The notes: generated from the letters alone by a model not told the origin. A stretch of 63,822 nt of DNA, filler included, from Octopus bimaculoides (GCF_001194135.2; 7 parts of 6 records of this genome joined end to end with filler, not necessarily neighbours in it); one strand, 5' to 3'. Positions 50,954 to 63,575 are shown, counted from the whole stretch's first letter. Numbers and translations are program-made.

Positions 50954-51370
50954 GTAGTGAAAATGCTTGTCGTCGTCGTTTTGCTGTTTATTATCTGCTG
51001 GGCACCAATTCTTATCAACAACGTGATGATCGGATTCGATTACCTACCCCGATTGCATTACGGGTATTTGAAACCGATGCGTATGGCTTTTAACCTGATG
51101 GCGTACTTCAACAGTTGCATAAATCCAATTGTATATTCGTTTATGTCGAAAAACTTCCGTGAGAAATTCAAACATTCGTTCCGTACTTTATTTCGTGGTC
51201 GATTCACTGGAGCGGATCGCATCTGGACGCAGCGCGGGACGGTGTCGTTCACAACGAGAAGTACGTCACTGAACCGTAGCAAAATGTACTCAATGAAAGA
51301 ACCCGTAGAGAAAGACGTTAGTATTTCCAGCGTTACTGAAAACTGCAAAATTGTTTTGGTACCGGACTAA
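50954..51370 (+). CDS. Terminal coding exon of a class A (rhodopsin-like) peptide-receptor GPCR (CCK/QRFP/orexin-like group): TM6, TM7, helix 8, C-tail
   Basis: Strong acceptor TTCTTTTCTCCACAG ends at 50953, phase 0; VVKMLVVVVLLFIICWAP (CWxP), FNSCINPIVYSFMSKNFR (NPxxY plus helix 8); Ser/Thr-rich tail; stop TAA; AATAAA at 51401. Confidence 0.93.
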   Translation, partial: VVKMLVVVVLLFIICWAPILINNVMIGFDYLPRLHYGYLKPMRMAFNLMAYFNSCINPIVYSFMSKNFREKFKHSFRTLFRGRFTGADRIWTQRGTVSFTTRSTSLNRSKMYSMKEPVEKDVSISSVTENCKIVLVPD

Positions 51371-51839
51371 TCCTTATATTGCAGAACAACCAAAAGATGA
51401 AATAAAAAAAATTAACAAAAAAAAAAAAAAACAGGATAAAAAATAATAGTAAAAGAAAGACTTGTCTTAGCAACGAAATGCTGTTGATTGATGTTGTTGG
51501 ATATTGTTGTTCTTGTTATAATTTTGTCTATTTTTCGCATTTTTGTTATATATTTATTTCATTTTATTCTTTTATTATCATTATTTTTCTCTGAAGTATT
51601 TCAGAAGAATTCGTTGTCGTTTACCATTTTTGAAATAAAGGAAATTTAAGATTTAAAATATGATAAAATGTTTTTGATAAAGAAATTCTATGAGTGAAGT
51701 GAGGAAAGAAGGTTAAATTATAGCTTCATGCTGATTAGAAGAGAAGGAATAATGGTCCCGAGTAACCAGCTGACAGTTTGGTTAGCAATTATCATGATGT
51801 CCTCGTAAGAATGATGATACAAGATCTGATCGAAGAGTA

Positions 51840-52095
51840 TCTGGGCTGGTACAAGAAAAAGAAAACTAGAACACATGTCAATTCGACATTGAATCTCGTT
51901 TGAATTAATCGGCTTCTAAAGCCACACACATGCCGTGTCGATTCCATTGATGATGGAAGCAAATTCCTGAACACTACTTTTTGTGGGATAGCGAGAAATT
52001 GTCCCGTCACGTTCTCTTGGAGTTCCTCGACGTCTTGAAATCTTGTTCCTCTCAAATTGGATTCAATTTTTGGAAAGATTCTTTGCCTTAATAAC
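51840..52095 (-). mobile_element. Mariner transposase C-terminal fragment
   Basis: RGTRFQDVEELQENVTGQFLAIP resembles mariner C-termini. Confidence 0.55.
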
Positions 52096-52390
52096 CATCA
52101 AGCAGTCTCTCTTTTCACATACGCACTCATACACACACACANNNNNNNNNNNNNNNNNNNNNNNNNNNNNNNNNNNNNNNNNNNNTTAATTAATTAANNN
52201 NNNNNNNNNNNNNNNNNNNNNNNNNNNNNNNNNNNNNNNNNACACAGAAACACACACATATGTAATGATGTATATATAATCCTTACTATTATTGACACAC
52301 ACACACACACATATATATAAACACAAACTCGCTTATATATATATGTGTGTTTATATATACATGTGAAAGCATACATACATGTGTACATAC

Positions 52391-53208
52391 GTGCTGATCT
52401 ATTGAGGAATCTACAGTTACTCTATCCAGATTACAAGTTCAGGTTTATATCTGCAATTATTGGGTTCCCTGGGAGATGTAACACACACTGCCTAAATACC
52501 AATCTTGAGAAATTCGGTTTCTCAAAAGTGGAAAGGAGAAAGCTAATTCAAAGACTGCATATCCAATCCATCATTGGAACTGTAAAAATCTGTAAAACTT
52601 GCCAGGATTTTATTATTTAAATATATGTAGGCATGTCTAGACATGTAACTATATGCATGAAAATATATACATAAAACATACAACCCTGCGCATACATGCA
52701 TGCATACATACAAACAAATAAATATACCCCAACAACAGTTGATGTTGAAAATCGTATAAAACAGCCTTGGATCTAAGTTAGAAACCGGTTCCTTCTCCAT
52801 TGACAAACAATCTTGAAATAAATTGAATACTGACATACATACATACATATTAGGGCCCTGGGATATGTAACACACTACCTAAATGCCTATCTTGAGAATT
52901 AGGCTTCTCAAAACCAGAAAGAAAAAGGCTAATTCGAAGACTACAAATCCAATCCAACACTGGAACTGTGAAAAATTGTAAAACTTTCCAGTTTATCATT
53001 TAAATATATATTAGTATGTCTATATATGCAACTATACGCATGACAATAGACACATAATGCAAGACATACAAATCTGTACATACATACTTACAAACAACAA
53101 TACCCTATTGTTGATGTAGAAATTCCAATGAAGGAGCCATGGATCTAGGTTAGAAACCAGGTCTTTTTTCTATTGGCAAGACATCTTGAAATAAAACTGA
53201 ACAATGAT
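52391..53208 (+). mobile_element. Two head-to-tail R4/Dong-like 3' ends separated by (CATA)n
   Basis: Copy 1 (52391-52833): DLLRNLQLLYPDYKFRFISAIIG...GTVKICKTCQDFII*. Spacer 52834-52848. Copy 2 (52849-53208) repeats the coding end and 3' UTR. Confidence 0.8.
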
Positions 53209-53229
53209 ATACCTACATACATATGTGTG

Positions 53230-53271
<42 letters not shown>

Positions 53272-53625
53272 TGTGTGAGTGAGAGAGAGAGAGGTATAAT
53301 TTTTTTTTATCTCGTGAGACAGAGAAAGAATTTCTAACGGTTAAAAAAAGAAAAAACTCTACGTTAAACCTACTTTAGGAAAGCAGCGATGTTTTTCCCT
53401 TTCGTAAGCAATAGATAACCACCCAGTTGTTGTGATATAGTTAGCTCGATGTTTTTTAACCCGGTGTCATTTTTTTTTTTCCTTATCTCTATATCGAGGT
53501 CAGCTTTAATATATTTTCAATCACGTGGTAGATTACTGATATTACTTAATAACGTCGGGTCTACAGTCACGTAAAACCGTCGAAAAAAAAGATATGACTA
53601 CTGCCATATTATAAAGTTCGCAAAG

Positions 53626-53815
53626 GTGGCGTGGTGGCAGAATCATTAGCGCGGCAGACAAAATGTTTAACGGCATTTCGCCTGTCTTTACGTTCTGAGT
53701 TCGAGTTCCGCTCGACTTTTCCTTTCATCTTTTCCAGCTGAGTACCGAGGGCGATGTAATGGACTTACGCCCAGCTCGAACTTGCAGGCCTAATGCCAAA
53801 ATTTGAAAGGAATAT
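53626..53815 (+). mobile_element. SINE family B, degraded
   Basis: GGTGGCGTGGTGGCAGAATCATTAGC...GAGTTCGAGTTCC. Confidence 0.65.
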
Positions 53816-54867
53816 ATTATCATGTTCTTTTCTGTTGAAATAGTCAAGAAATAATTTTATGTTTTAGTACAGGTGATAATTTATGTTGTTTACACCAAAA
53901 TTAAGTTTCTTAACACAGTGCTTTGGCGAAAGGCGTTATAACTATAAACATCTGGCTACATTACTCCTTGTTTTCTTTTTTTCGATCAGAAATAGTTAAC
54001 ATTGTGAAATAAAGCGTGTTCTTCTTTTTAAAAAGAATAGTGTCATTTAAAAGAGTGTTTGCTGGTATTCTGCACTGATTTATCAATATTAATGCCATAG
54101 CGATACGCATGTTTACGCGAAGAGTACTATCACAATTGCAGAGTCAATATTTTTGCAAATAACATTAACACTAATCATGTCGTGAAATCATTTTCGCTAA
54201 GTATTGTCCCTGGAAATCAATATTAAATATTGTAATGCTGCTCTCTGCGGTATCTCCGACACTTCACCACAATTTTTTTTTTTTTTTTTTTTGCCATTTT
54301 TACTAAAGAAATTAAAAGGACAACCTGATGACAAGGAAAAGCCGGGAATTCAAAATATCTTCTTTGAATGTGACACTAATCAAGAGAAATCCATCGATAA
54401 AATATAATGAAGTAACAAAACATGTCGTTAATGTTTTTCATTGTTAAATGTATTATAAAGAACAAAAAGAAATATTCAAGTGACAGGTTTGTTTGATGTC
54501 GATCAGAATCTCATTTTAAGACGCTCTCAAACATCATGCAAGTAGCTCCTCTCAATGCTTCAAAAATCATTGATTTCATATAATCTGCACAAACCATTCG
54601 CTAGATACACGAATATGAACGTAAAAGCATACACACACACACACATACATACATACATATATATATATATACATACATANNNNNNNNNNNNNNNNNNNNN
54701 NNNNNNNNNNNNNNNNNNNNNNNNNNNNNNNNNNNNNNNNNNNNNNNNNNNNNNNNNNNNNNNNNNNNNNNNNNNNNNNNNNNNNNNNNNNNNNNNNNNN
54801 NNNNNNNNNNNNNNNNNNNNNNNNNNNNNNNNNNNNNNNNNNNNNNNNNNNNNNNNNNNNNNNNNNN

Positions 54868-54915
<48 letters not shown>

Positions 54916-55337
54916 GATCTGTGCGCGTGAAAGTATGTTCTTGTGATCATAATGTGGGTGTAAGCAAAAAATAATGCAGTTTTTTTTTAAGAACTAAGTT
55001 TACAATATTTTGTTATATTATCTTATGAAATTCCAGTTAATTATAAAATATACTACATCAAAACAGCGATGGATCCGTCTCACTGGAGCAGGAACATCTG
55101 CCGCTCATTAATTTTATGTATGTTCATTAAAATTCGTCTAATATTGAGTCGCAAATCTTCTCTCAGGACATGTTCTCTGTGGCCATGAGATATTGTAAAT
55201 CTTACAGAGAAGACTTGTGTGCATGACATCCAAAGTCTTGAAGCTCTTTCATCGAAGTTCAGGTTTCCGCTCAATAAGCCCTAAACACATACCTAAAGTT
55301 GGCCACTTTATGTAACTTAGAAATGAACTTTAGTATA

Positions 55338-56595
55338 CACAGATATGCAGGAAGTAAATAAACACCTTTAATTTTCAAAATCTTTTATTTAATATGCAAA
55401 GCGAACAATTGAAATGTAATCGATAGATAGGACTACATACTTTAGCATTTACTTGACATTCCCTTTGCAGTTTTTAATTCAGAAACTTTTTTGACATTGA
55501 ACTGACGAGCTTTGTGATTGTCTCTTGTGGAATTTCTGCCCACTTTTCACGCAATTATCGAAACAATTCATCTTTAGATTTAAGCTTCTGTCGAGTTTTT
55601 CGTATAGCTCTATCTAGTATGCTCCAAAGATTTCAAATTGGGTTCATGTCAACAGATTGGCTCGGCCAAGGAAGCTTTTTCATCCCATTTTCAGTCAGCC
55701 ATAGTTGATTCCCTTCTGCTGTGTGGCCTGGTGCTCCATCTCCCATGAATAAAAACTCATTTTTCTTTGTTATCGTATGAATACATCGGAAGTAGTTCTT
55801 AAGTATTCCGATGTATTTTTCAGAGTTTATGATTCCAACAAATTCGACCAGCTCAGAACGATTATTGCTGGTGACAGCTCCCCATACCTTACAGAGATAC
55901 TGCCATGTTTCAGTTGGTTGGAGTCGTTTCAAATCAAATTCTTGATTGGGAAGCCTCCTGACCTACACACGTCCACTGTCTGAAAATAATGCAAGTCTGG
56001 ATTCATTTGAGAAAATCATTCTATCCCAAAATGAACTGGATTTTTCTGACATCTCCTTAGCCCATTTCTTTCTTTTTCGTGATATCAATTAGTTGAAGGA
56101 GAGGTTTTCTTCTAGCTGCTCATCCATAATACCCAAGCTTATGCGGATATGTAACGCACGTTCTTGGACTAACTCCTAGATGTTTTGCAATGTCAGAGGT
56201 CTTCGAACAGGTTCGTTTCCTACAACTCTCTTCAAACAGCGAAGCTTCCTTTCTGAGGGCCCAGGTCGGCAGGGACGAGAATATGTTGATTCTTTTCCTT
56301 GGCTTTTGAATTGCACTATAATTCTATTAAGAGGAATTTGAAGATTTTCGTCAATTTTCTGCTGGCTAAGACCAGCCTCAGATTGCCCAACAATACGACC
56401 TCTTTGAAAATCTGACAGTTCTGCTGAATTTTTTGTGCATGGCATGGTTACTCTTCGCAAATGTTTAATATAATGGCACCTGGAATGAAAAAGAATAATC
56501 ACATTGTAAATTCTACACAACTGAGAACATATTAAGACGCTTAGATAAGAAATTTTGAAAATTCAAGGTGTCTATTTACTTCCTGCACGTCTGTG
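55338..56595 (-). mobile_element. Tc1-family transposon, complete ends, defective transposase
   Basis: 43-bp TIRs (55338-55380 and 56553-56595; 39/43 identical) flanked by TA on both sides; [29 protein letters not shown]-terminus; FLFMGDGAPGHTA...WPSQSVDMNPI catalytic region; frameshifts and stops. Confidence 0.93.
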
Positions 56596-56624
56596 TATAT
56601 TCCAAGTCATTTTGTGCTCGACAG

Positions 56625-56760
56625 CTTTAGATCACTGGCGTCGCTGTGTTGAGAAGTTTGTTTCCGGGTTCAATCACATATTGTGCCGTGTTTACTAGTG
56701 TCTCGAGCCTAGCAAAGCCTTGTGACTGGATTTGGCAGACGGAACATGAAATGATATGTT
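56625..56760 (+). mobile_element. SINE family A, 5' half leading into (TG)n (56765-57148, partly gap)
   Basis: GCTGTGTTGAGAAG...CAAAGCCTTGTGACTGGATTTGGCAGACGGAA. Confidence 0.6.
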
Positions 56761-56761
56761 T

Positions 56762-56816
<55 letters not shown>

Positions 56817-57100
56817 NNNNNNNNNNNNNNNNNNNNNNNNNNNNNNNNNNNNNNNNNNNNNNNNNNNNNNNNNNNNNNNNNNNNNNNNNNNNNNNNNNNN
56901 NNNNNNNNNNNNNNNNNNNNNNNNNNNNNNNNNNNNNNNNNNNNNNNNNNNNNNNNNNNNNNNNNNNNNNNNNNNNNNNNNNNNNNNNNNNNNNNNNNNN
57001 NNNNNNNNNNNNNNNNNNNNNNNNNNNNNNNNNNNNNNNNNNNNNNNNNNNNNNNNNNNNNNNNNNNNNNNNNNNNNNNNNNNNNNNNNNNNNNNNNNNN

Positions 57101-57149
<49 letters not shown>

Positions 57150-58135
57150 ATAGCTATGCTTTAATACCTTATTACTATTATTTAACGACACTAAGTCAAA
57201 GCAGTTGGCAGAATCGTTAGCGCGTTGGACAAAATATTTAGAAGCGTTTCTTCTGACTCGTTACTTTCAGAGTTCAAATACCGGTAAAGTACAAGTTAAC
57301 CACTGAAGTTGATGCAATGCACTACCCCTTCCATGAAACTTTCTGACCTTGTGCTAAACATTAGAAAGAATTATGAAATGCCTATTCATGTATGAATTTT
57401 CTCTCTTGATAATATAGGCGACAACCTTATTACATTATTATTTATTATGATAGTTATTATATAAACGAATGTTGCTATGCTTCTCAGGAGTTTATAACGA
57501 AAGTGCTTGATGCATATTCATGTAAATGCGTAGAGAGAAAATTCAATATTTGTACGTGTATTCAATTTTATTGTTATTCTGTTTTTTGCTGCTCGAGAGA
57601 ATAAGCAAGGAAATACGTATTTTACAGATATCTATATAATTTAAGATATTTAACTACCGTGAAAGCAATAACAACGCATATTTTATAACTAATGCATGAT
57701 TTCAGAAACACAACCCTCAAAAAATAATTAAAATAAAAGCCCTTTTGATTATCTCTTACAGTTTCTGTTTTTCTTCGTTTATTGCCTTTATTTTTCCCGA
57801 GGTAAAAAGGAAAGAAAACAAATACATTAATAAAATTTGATAAATCAGAGTTTCACAAACATGGAGCATGGCAGCGTTCGCTCAAGAACAGTATATATAT
57901 ATATATATATATATATATATNNNNNNNNNNNNNNNNNNNNNNNNNNNNNNNNNNNNNNNNNNNNTTAATTAATTAANNNNNNNNNNNNNNNNNNNNNNNN
58001 NNNNNNNNNNNNNNNNNNNNATTGCATTAATCTTTCCTGATCAAGATGTCTATTCATCGGGGAATAAAAAAATAATTACATGCAGGCATCTTATTGTGAA
58101 AATCATCCGGCAACGACAGGTTACTCGGCTTGTGT

Positions 58136-58174
<39 letters not shown>

Positions 58175-58559
58175 TGTCTGTCTGTCTGCCTATCTATCTC
58201 TCTATCTCTCTATCTATCTATCTATCTATCTCTGTCTCTCTCTCTCTTTGTCTGTCTCTCTCTCTGTCTCTCTGTCTCTCTCTCACTCCATATATATATG
58301 TATATATATATATATATATTATCTTTTTCTTGTTTCACTCATTTGACTGCGGCCATGCCGGGGCACCGCCTTAAAGAGTTTTTTCTTCGAATATACATGT
58401 ATATATATACATGTATATATATACATATATATATATATATATANNNNNNNNNNATATATGGGGTGTGGAGTTGTGAGGTTGGCAGAAACTGAAATAAGGC
58501 CGTCGTATTTATACATACATGCATACATACATACATACATACATACATACATACATACA

Positions 58560-59575
58560 TCACAGCTGCACCCCCGTTACACTAGAAAAGCCATTGCCAA
58601 AAAGTCTTACTGAAATGATTCATTATTGATGCCATGTGATGACTTTATATGACTTTTAAACTCAGCCAAAATTTTACACATATTACTACACACTGCACAG
58701 CTGTGCTGGCTGGCAGGAGAAACAGGTTCCGCCATATGCATTCTTTTAACGTGTCTTTTCAGACCTGCAACTGAGAGGCACACCCTTCCACATTTTACAC
58801 GTGTTCTGTTGTGAATTGTTATAGCCACATCACTGTTTATCATGGGTCGATTCCTGTGAGATTTTCGATGGCTGACCAGGCCTGCACGACTCAAACACCT
58901 CCTCCCACAAACCACACACACAAAAAGCAACACTCCTTCACTCTCCACAGGTTCCCTCCTAAGCCCTCCTCTTAATTCTCTCATACTTCACTCTCTCTCC
59001 TTCTCAAACCCCAAACAATCACTATGCACTGTCTTCCTCAATCCATTCCGGTCTTGTGCCTCTCCCTCCTAATCCCCAACTGCAATTCTTGTCTGTATTG
59101 GAGCAGTTTAAAGGCAATCCTTAAACCTTAATTTAGGCTTATGCGCTGAGCTGCCGTCTTCCTGTTCACCATACAATAGCTGCTTGGGAAGTCTCTCATC
59201 CCTCATCCTTAGCAAATGCCCCCCACCACATCTCAAACATCTTTGCCGAATCATTGACTCTATACTTCTACTGCCATTCTTGTCAAGACCTCCACATTAC
59301 TAATGGTCGTTTTCCAGTTTATCCCCCAAATTTTTCTCAGACAGTATGAATGGTATCGTTACAGTTGCCTTATATGCCTACGGTAAATAACCCATGCCTC
59401 ACTCCCATATAGCAAAAATAGAAAGACACACGTGTTATATAACTTATCTTTAATTTGTGAAGATATATTATGTCTTCTCCACAGACTCCTAACAAGCCTA
59501 CCAAAAGCACTACAAGCCCTACTGATTCTATATGAAATTTCAAGAACAGCAGTGCTCAAGGTACTTCCTAAATAA
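58560..59575 (-). mobile_element. RTE-clade LINE 3' portion: RT C-terminus, post-RT region, C2H2-like zinc fingers, (TATG)n tail
   Basis: YLGSTLS..EISYRISRACSAFGRL...LLYGSEAW; WWGHLLRMRDERLPKQLLYGE; CVVCGRRCLSRAGLVSHRKSH, KCGRVCLSVAGLKRHVKRMH, CAVCSNMCKILAEFKSHIKSSH. Confidence 0.85.
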
Positions 59576-59589
59576 ATAAATAAATAAAT

Positions 59590-59705
59590 AAACAAAGCAA
59601 CAGTGCAGATGAAGCTGAGGATCATGTAGGAAAATTGGTGGAGTGATGGATGCGATGAGATCCAAGAAGCTTCAAATGCTAACAATTCCAAACTTTTTAC
59701 TCTCT
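59590..59705 (+). mobile_element. Small RTE linker fragment in the opposite orientation
   Basis: NWWSDGCDEIQEASNANNSKLF resembles the WW..K..EIQ.AAD motif between EN and RT. Confidence 0.45.
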
Positions 59706-59780
59706 CTGGCCTTATTTCAGTTACTGTCTGCCAAATCAACTCACAATGCTTTGGTCAGCATGGGGCAATAGTAAAAGACG

Positions 59781-61107
59781 TGTAGGCGCAGTTACCTCTC
59801 CTGATGGCGGCTGCCTAATTAGTTGGATAATAGAGGGTATTACGCAACATAAAGATTCAGAGACTCATCTCTTCTTCTTTTCTCGCCAAGATGTCGGACA
59901 GTATAGACGGGATCTAGTTTGGCTGTCGCTCACCACACGCCAGCTAGCGGACAGGAGACAACGCACAGGAGAAGAGCATGACTTCCACACATCAAACCAT
60001 TTTCATTTGTCATTCAGCTTATATATATATATATATATATATATNNNNNNNNNNNNNNNNNNNNNNNNNNNNNNNNNNNNNNNNNNNNNNNNNNNNNNNN
60101 NNNNNNNNNNNNNNNNNNNNNNNNNNNNNNNNNNNNNNNNNNNNNNNNNNNNNNNNNNNNNNNNNNNNNNNNNNNNNNNNNNNNNNNNNNNNNNNNNNNN
60201 NNNNNNNNNNNNNNNNNNNTTATTTATTCTTTGTACCGGGTTTCCTGTCAAATGAGATTACAGCCTTCTGAGTAGAGTCACATTAGATGGCTCCGCAACC
60301 TATCGTTCTAAAATGATGGCCCGACGTGGAATGCATCAACTCGACTAACTAAAATGGTGACCCGACGCAGCACACACCACAATTCCTTCTAAAATTGTGA
60401 ACCCCGGACGAATTCTGACCAGTGAATACGTATTCCTTTTTCTCCTTCGCAAATTCGGCTACGCGACTAGACCGCCACTCATCACATAGGAACATACCAC
60501 TGATGTCTCTCGTTACCATATTGTCTTCTTCACTACAAAATTTTGGCACCATTTTCAAGCGGGAGACTGCAAATAATTTTTCCTTGTCTTGTAACTGAAT
60601 TTACAACACGGTCCTTTGAAGACACAGCGTCCTAGGGAAATATTCTTCTTGCTTGTAATAAAATCATTGTACATATATGCTTTGTTCTATTTGCTTGGAC
60701 ATCTTTCTTTGCTGAACGTTTTCCTTGTACATACTTGCATTGAATTTCTTTTTTCAATTTCAGTTGCTCATACAACTGTTTTGCCATGGTTCGTTTTTCT
60801 GTGCCCTCCTAGTGTACACTCTGCCTACACTAATTTTAATCGACCGCTTCCGGTCTAGTGGGGGCTCTACAGGCGCAGTTACCTTCCCCTGACGGCGGCT
60901 GCCTAATTAGTTGGTTAATAGAAGGCATTACGCAACATTAAGGTTCAGAGACTCATCTCTTCCTCTTTTCTCGCCAAGACGTCGGACAGTATAGGCGGGA
61001 TCTAGTTTGGCTGTCGCTCACCACACGCCAGCTAGCGGACAGGAGGCAACGCACAGGAGAAGAGCATGGCTTCCACACATCAAACCATTTTCATTTGTCA
61101 TTCAGCT

Positions 61108-61176
<69 letters not shown>

Positions 61177-61307
61177 GTGTGGCCACATTAAAGGTATTTA
61201 AAGTCACAGCCTTGTTTTATTTATTCTTTATACCGGGTTTCCTGTCAAATGAGATTACAGCCTTCTGAGTAGAGTCACATTAGATGGCTCCATTACAATT
61301 CCATCTA
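59781..61307 (+). mobile_element. Non-autonomous LTR element (TRIM-like) inserted into a minus-strand SINE A
   Basis: Direct repeats 59781-about 60310 and 60868-about 61307 (roughly 5-6% divergent, each containing (TA)n); tRNA-Trp PBS-like motifs after the 5' copy; TAGTGGGGG before the 3' copy; (AA)GACG duplicated at 59775-59780 and 61308-61313; flanks rejoin into a contiguous SINE A. Confidence 0.85.
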
Positions 61308-61964
61308 AAGACGTTTACCCAACTTGCTATGCAGTGGAACTGAACTCGGAATGATGTGGTTAAGAATCACACTTCTTAGCACACGGCCACGCCTAGCTTC
61401 TTTGTGTTTGTGTTTGTATTTGCCCAACCGCCGCTTGCCAACCGGTGTCGGCTTGTTTATGTCACTGTATCTTATCGGTTCATTTAAAAAAGAATAAGTT
61501 CAAGGTTAAAAAAAAAGCAAGTTGAAAAACTAACAACTGAAATTGTCTAGTCAGAACACGAAGAGAGGAGAGAAATGGGGTGGTCGATGTGAATATATTG
61601 AAAGGAGACCGCTACCATGTTTAATAAAATTAAGATGATTTGCATCTTTCCAACTGTTTCAACATCGTAGTGATGAGAAGAGGATTTTATGGATATAAAA
61701 ATATATCCATAAAAATATAAGTTAAACATGTCCGTTGCATTCAATATTTTGCTTTAAAAAACCGCTGTATTTTAAATTTTAAATATAGGAAAAATTCGTT
61801 TACTAATTGTTAACAAAAATCGTCTCAGACACTCGAATTCTTTCATTTATTCATTTTTTCCCCAACATAATTATAGATGCAGAAATGAGTTGGTACCATA
61901 TTTATTTGTTGCCCTACTAAATCACCAGAATTCCGGTCGGTATCAACTTTGTCTTTCATCATTT

Positions 61965-62100
61965 CGTGGTCGACACAATAAAGTACCAGTCAAGCACTCT
62001 GGTTGATGGTGTCGACTAACCTTCTCTCTACAAATTTCATTCCTTGTATTTACGTTAGAAACAGCTGTTAAATCACTCTGGGCCGGTGGACTGGTAGAAT
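61965..62100 (-). mobile_element. SINE family B, degraded
   Basis: GGTCGACACAATAAAGTACCAG...GATGGTGTCGACT block. Confidence 0.5.
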
Positions 62101-62109
62101 CGTATGAGC

Positions 62110-62334
62110 CATCTACCAATCCATCAATCCATCCATCCGTCCCCTTATCCAACCGTCCACCCTTCCCCCCATCCATCCATTCATCCATCCATTCATTCAA
62201 CCATTCATCCATCCGTCTCCTAATCCATCCATCCATCCGTCCATCCGTCCGTCCGTGGGTCCGTCCATCCATCCATCCGTCCATCCATCCGTCCATCCGT
62301 CCGTCCGTGGGTCCGTCCATCCATCCATCCGTCC
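62110..62334. repeat. (CCAT/CCGT)n microsatellite with a duplicated higher-order block
   Basis: CCATCCGTCCATCCGTCCGTCCGTGGGTCCGTCCATCCATCCATCCGTC occurs twice. Confidence 0.9.
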
Positions 62335-62517
62335 NNNNNNNNNNNNNNNNNNNNNNNNNNNNNNNNNNNNNNNNNNNNTTAATTAATTAANNNNNNNNNN
62401 NNNNNNNNNNNNNNNNNNNNNNNNNNNNNNNNNNATATATGTATGTATGTATGTATATATATCCACACACAGAAACACACACACATATATATGTATTTAT
62501 AGATACGTATATATTTA

Positions 62518-62534
62518 TAGATAGATAGATAGAC

Positions 62535-62590
<56 letters not shown>
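62518..62590. repeat. (GATA)n microsatellite
   Basis: Directly visible. Confidence 0.95.
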
Positions 62591-62609
<19 letters not shown>

Positions 62610-62984
62610 GAAGTCAACACATATACATACATACATACATACATACATACATACATAAATATAATTATATTAGTTCCTGTTTAGTTAACTTGTTCCCAAC
62701 AATATTTGCAGCTCAATTATCTAAAACCTGACATAATGAAGGCGGAAGTTTATTTCGCAAAGATAGAAAACAACTACAGCAACAATAACAACGATTTCTA
62801 CAACAACACAAGCGACAACAATTTCACTGTTAACATCAGCAACAACAACAACAACAACAACAACAACAAGGAAAATAGCAGCGCTCCTTTCAATGTTATG
62901 AACCAATATTTTCTAGAAACGAGTATTAATGATGTTCAGCCTACACTGTACAGCTAAAAGTTCGTATCTATCAACGAAATATAT

Positions 62985-63125
62985 AGGTTTGGTTAGAAAG
63001 CTCAATTTGTAACCATGCGGTTTCGAGTTCAGTACCATTGCGTGGTAAGTGTCGTCTACTACAACTCGGTCCGAACAATGCTTTCGTGAGTGTGTTTGGT
63101 AGACGGAAACTGAAAGCAGCCCTTC
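62985..63125 (+). mobile_element. SINE family A, degraded 5' half
   Basis: GAGTTCAGTACCATTGCGTGG...GGTAGACGGAAACTGAAAGCAGCCC. Confidence 0.6.
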
Positions 63126-63512
63126 CTCGGCTGTAAGGCCTTATTTCCATATACGCCAGCTTAATTTTATTCGTCCTTAGTCGAAAGACATCTCTCCCGT
63201 TATTATTCATACAGTATTTGTGTAACATTGTTCGTCTTTTTTTTTTTCGTCCTTGTTTTCGTATACATTCGCTGCTTTCTTACAAGGGATCTAATGCTCT
63301 TACCTTAGTTTTTCCTTGGGGCTAGCCATATTGCTGCAATATCGAGAATAACCAGCCGAAATTGCAAAGATAATCTGGATCTCAACTGAAGAAAGAAAAC
63401 TGCGAATGACATGTACGTGTTTTCTTTGTATCGTCTTTCTGTATGTTTTGACCCTTTCTTGTAGCACCTAACTGTCTGGATGTTTCGCGCTGTAGTCCCA
63501 TTCTGTATTATT

Positions 63513-63575
<63 letters not shown>

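Noticed and set aside
58560-59705. Twin-priming inversion of the RTE element (sense 3' part plus inverted linker piece)
   Set aside because: The inverted piece comes from far upstream of where the 3' part begins (the whole RT is missing), which does not fit simple twin priming; treated as separate debris
63388-63415. CTGAAGAAAGAAAACTGCGAATG, a third hammerhead candidate
   Set aside because: Has CUGANGA but no convincing stem II, GAAA or stem III arrangement in this copy
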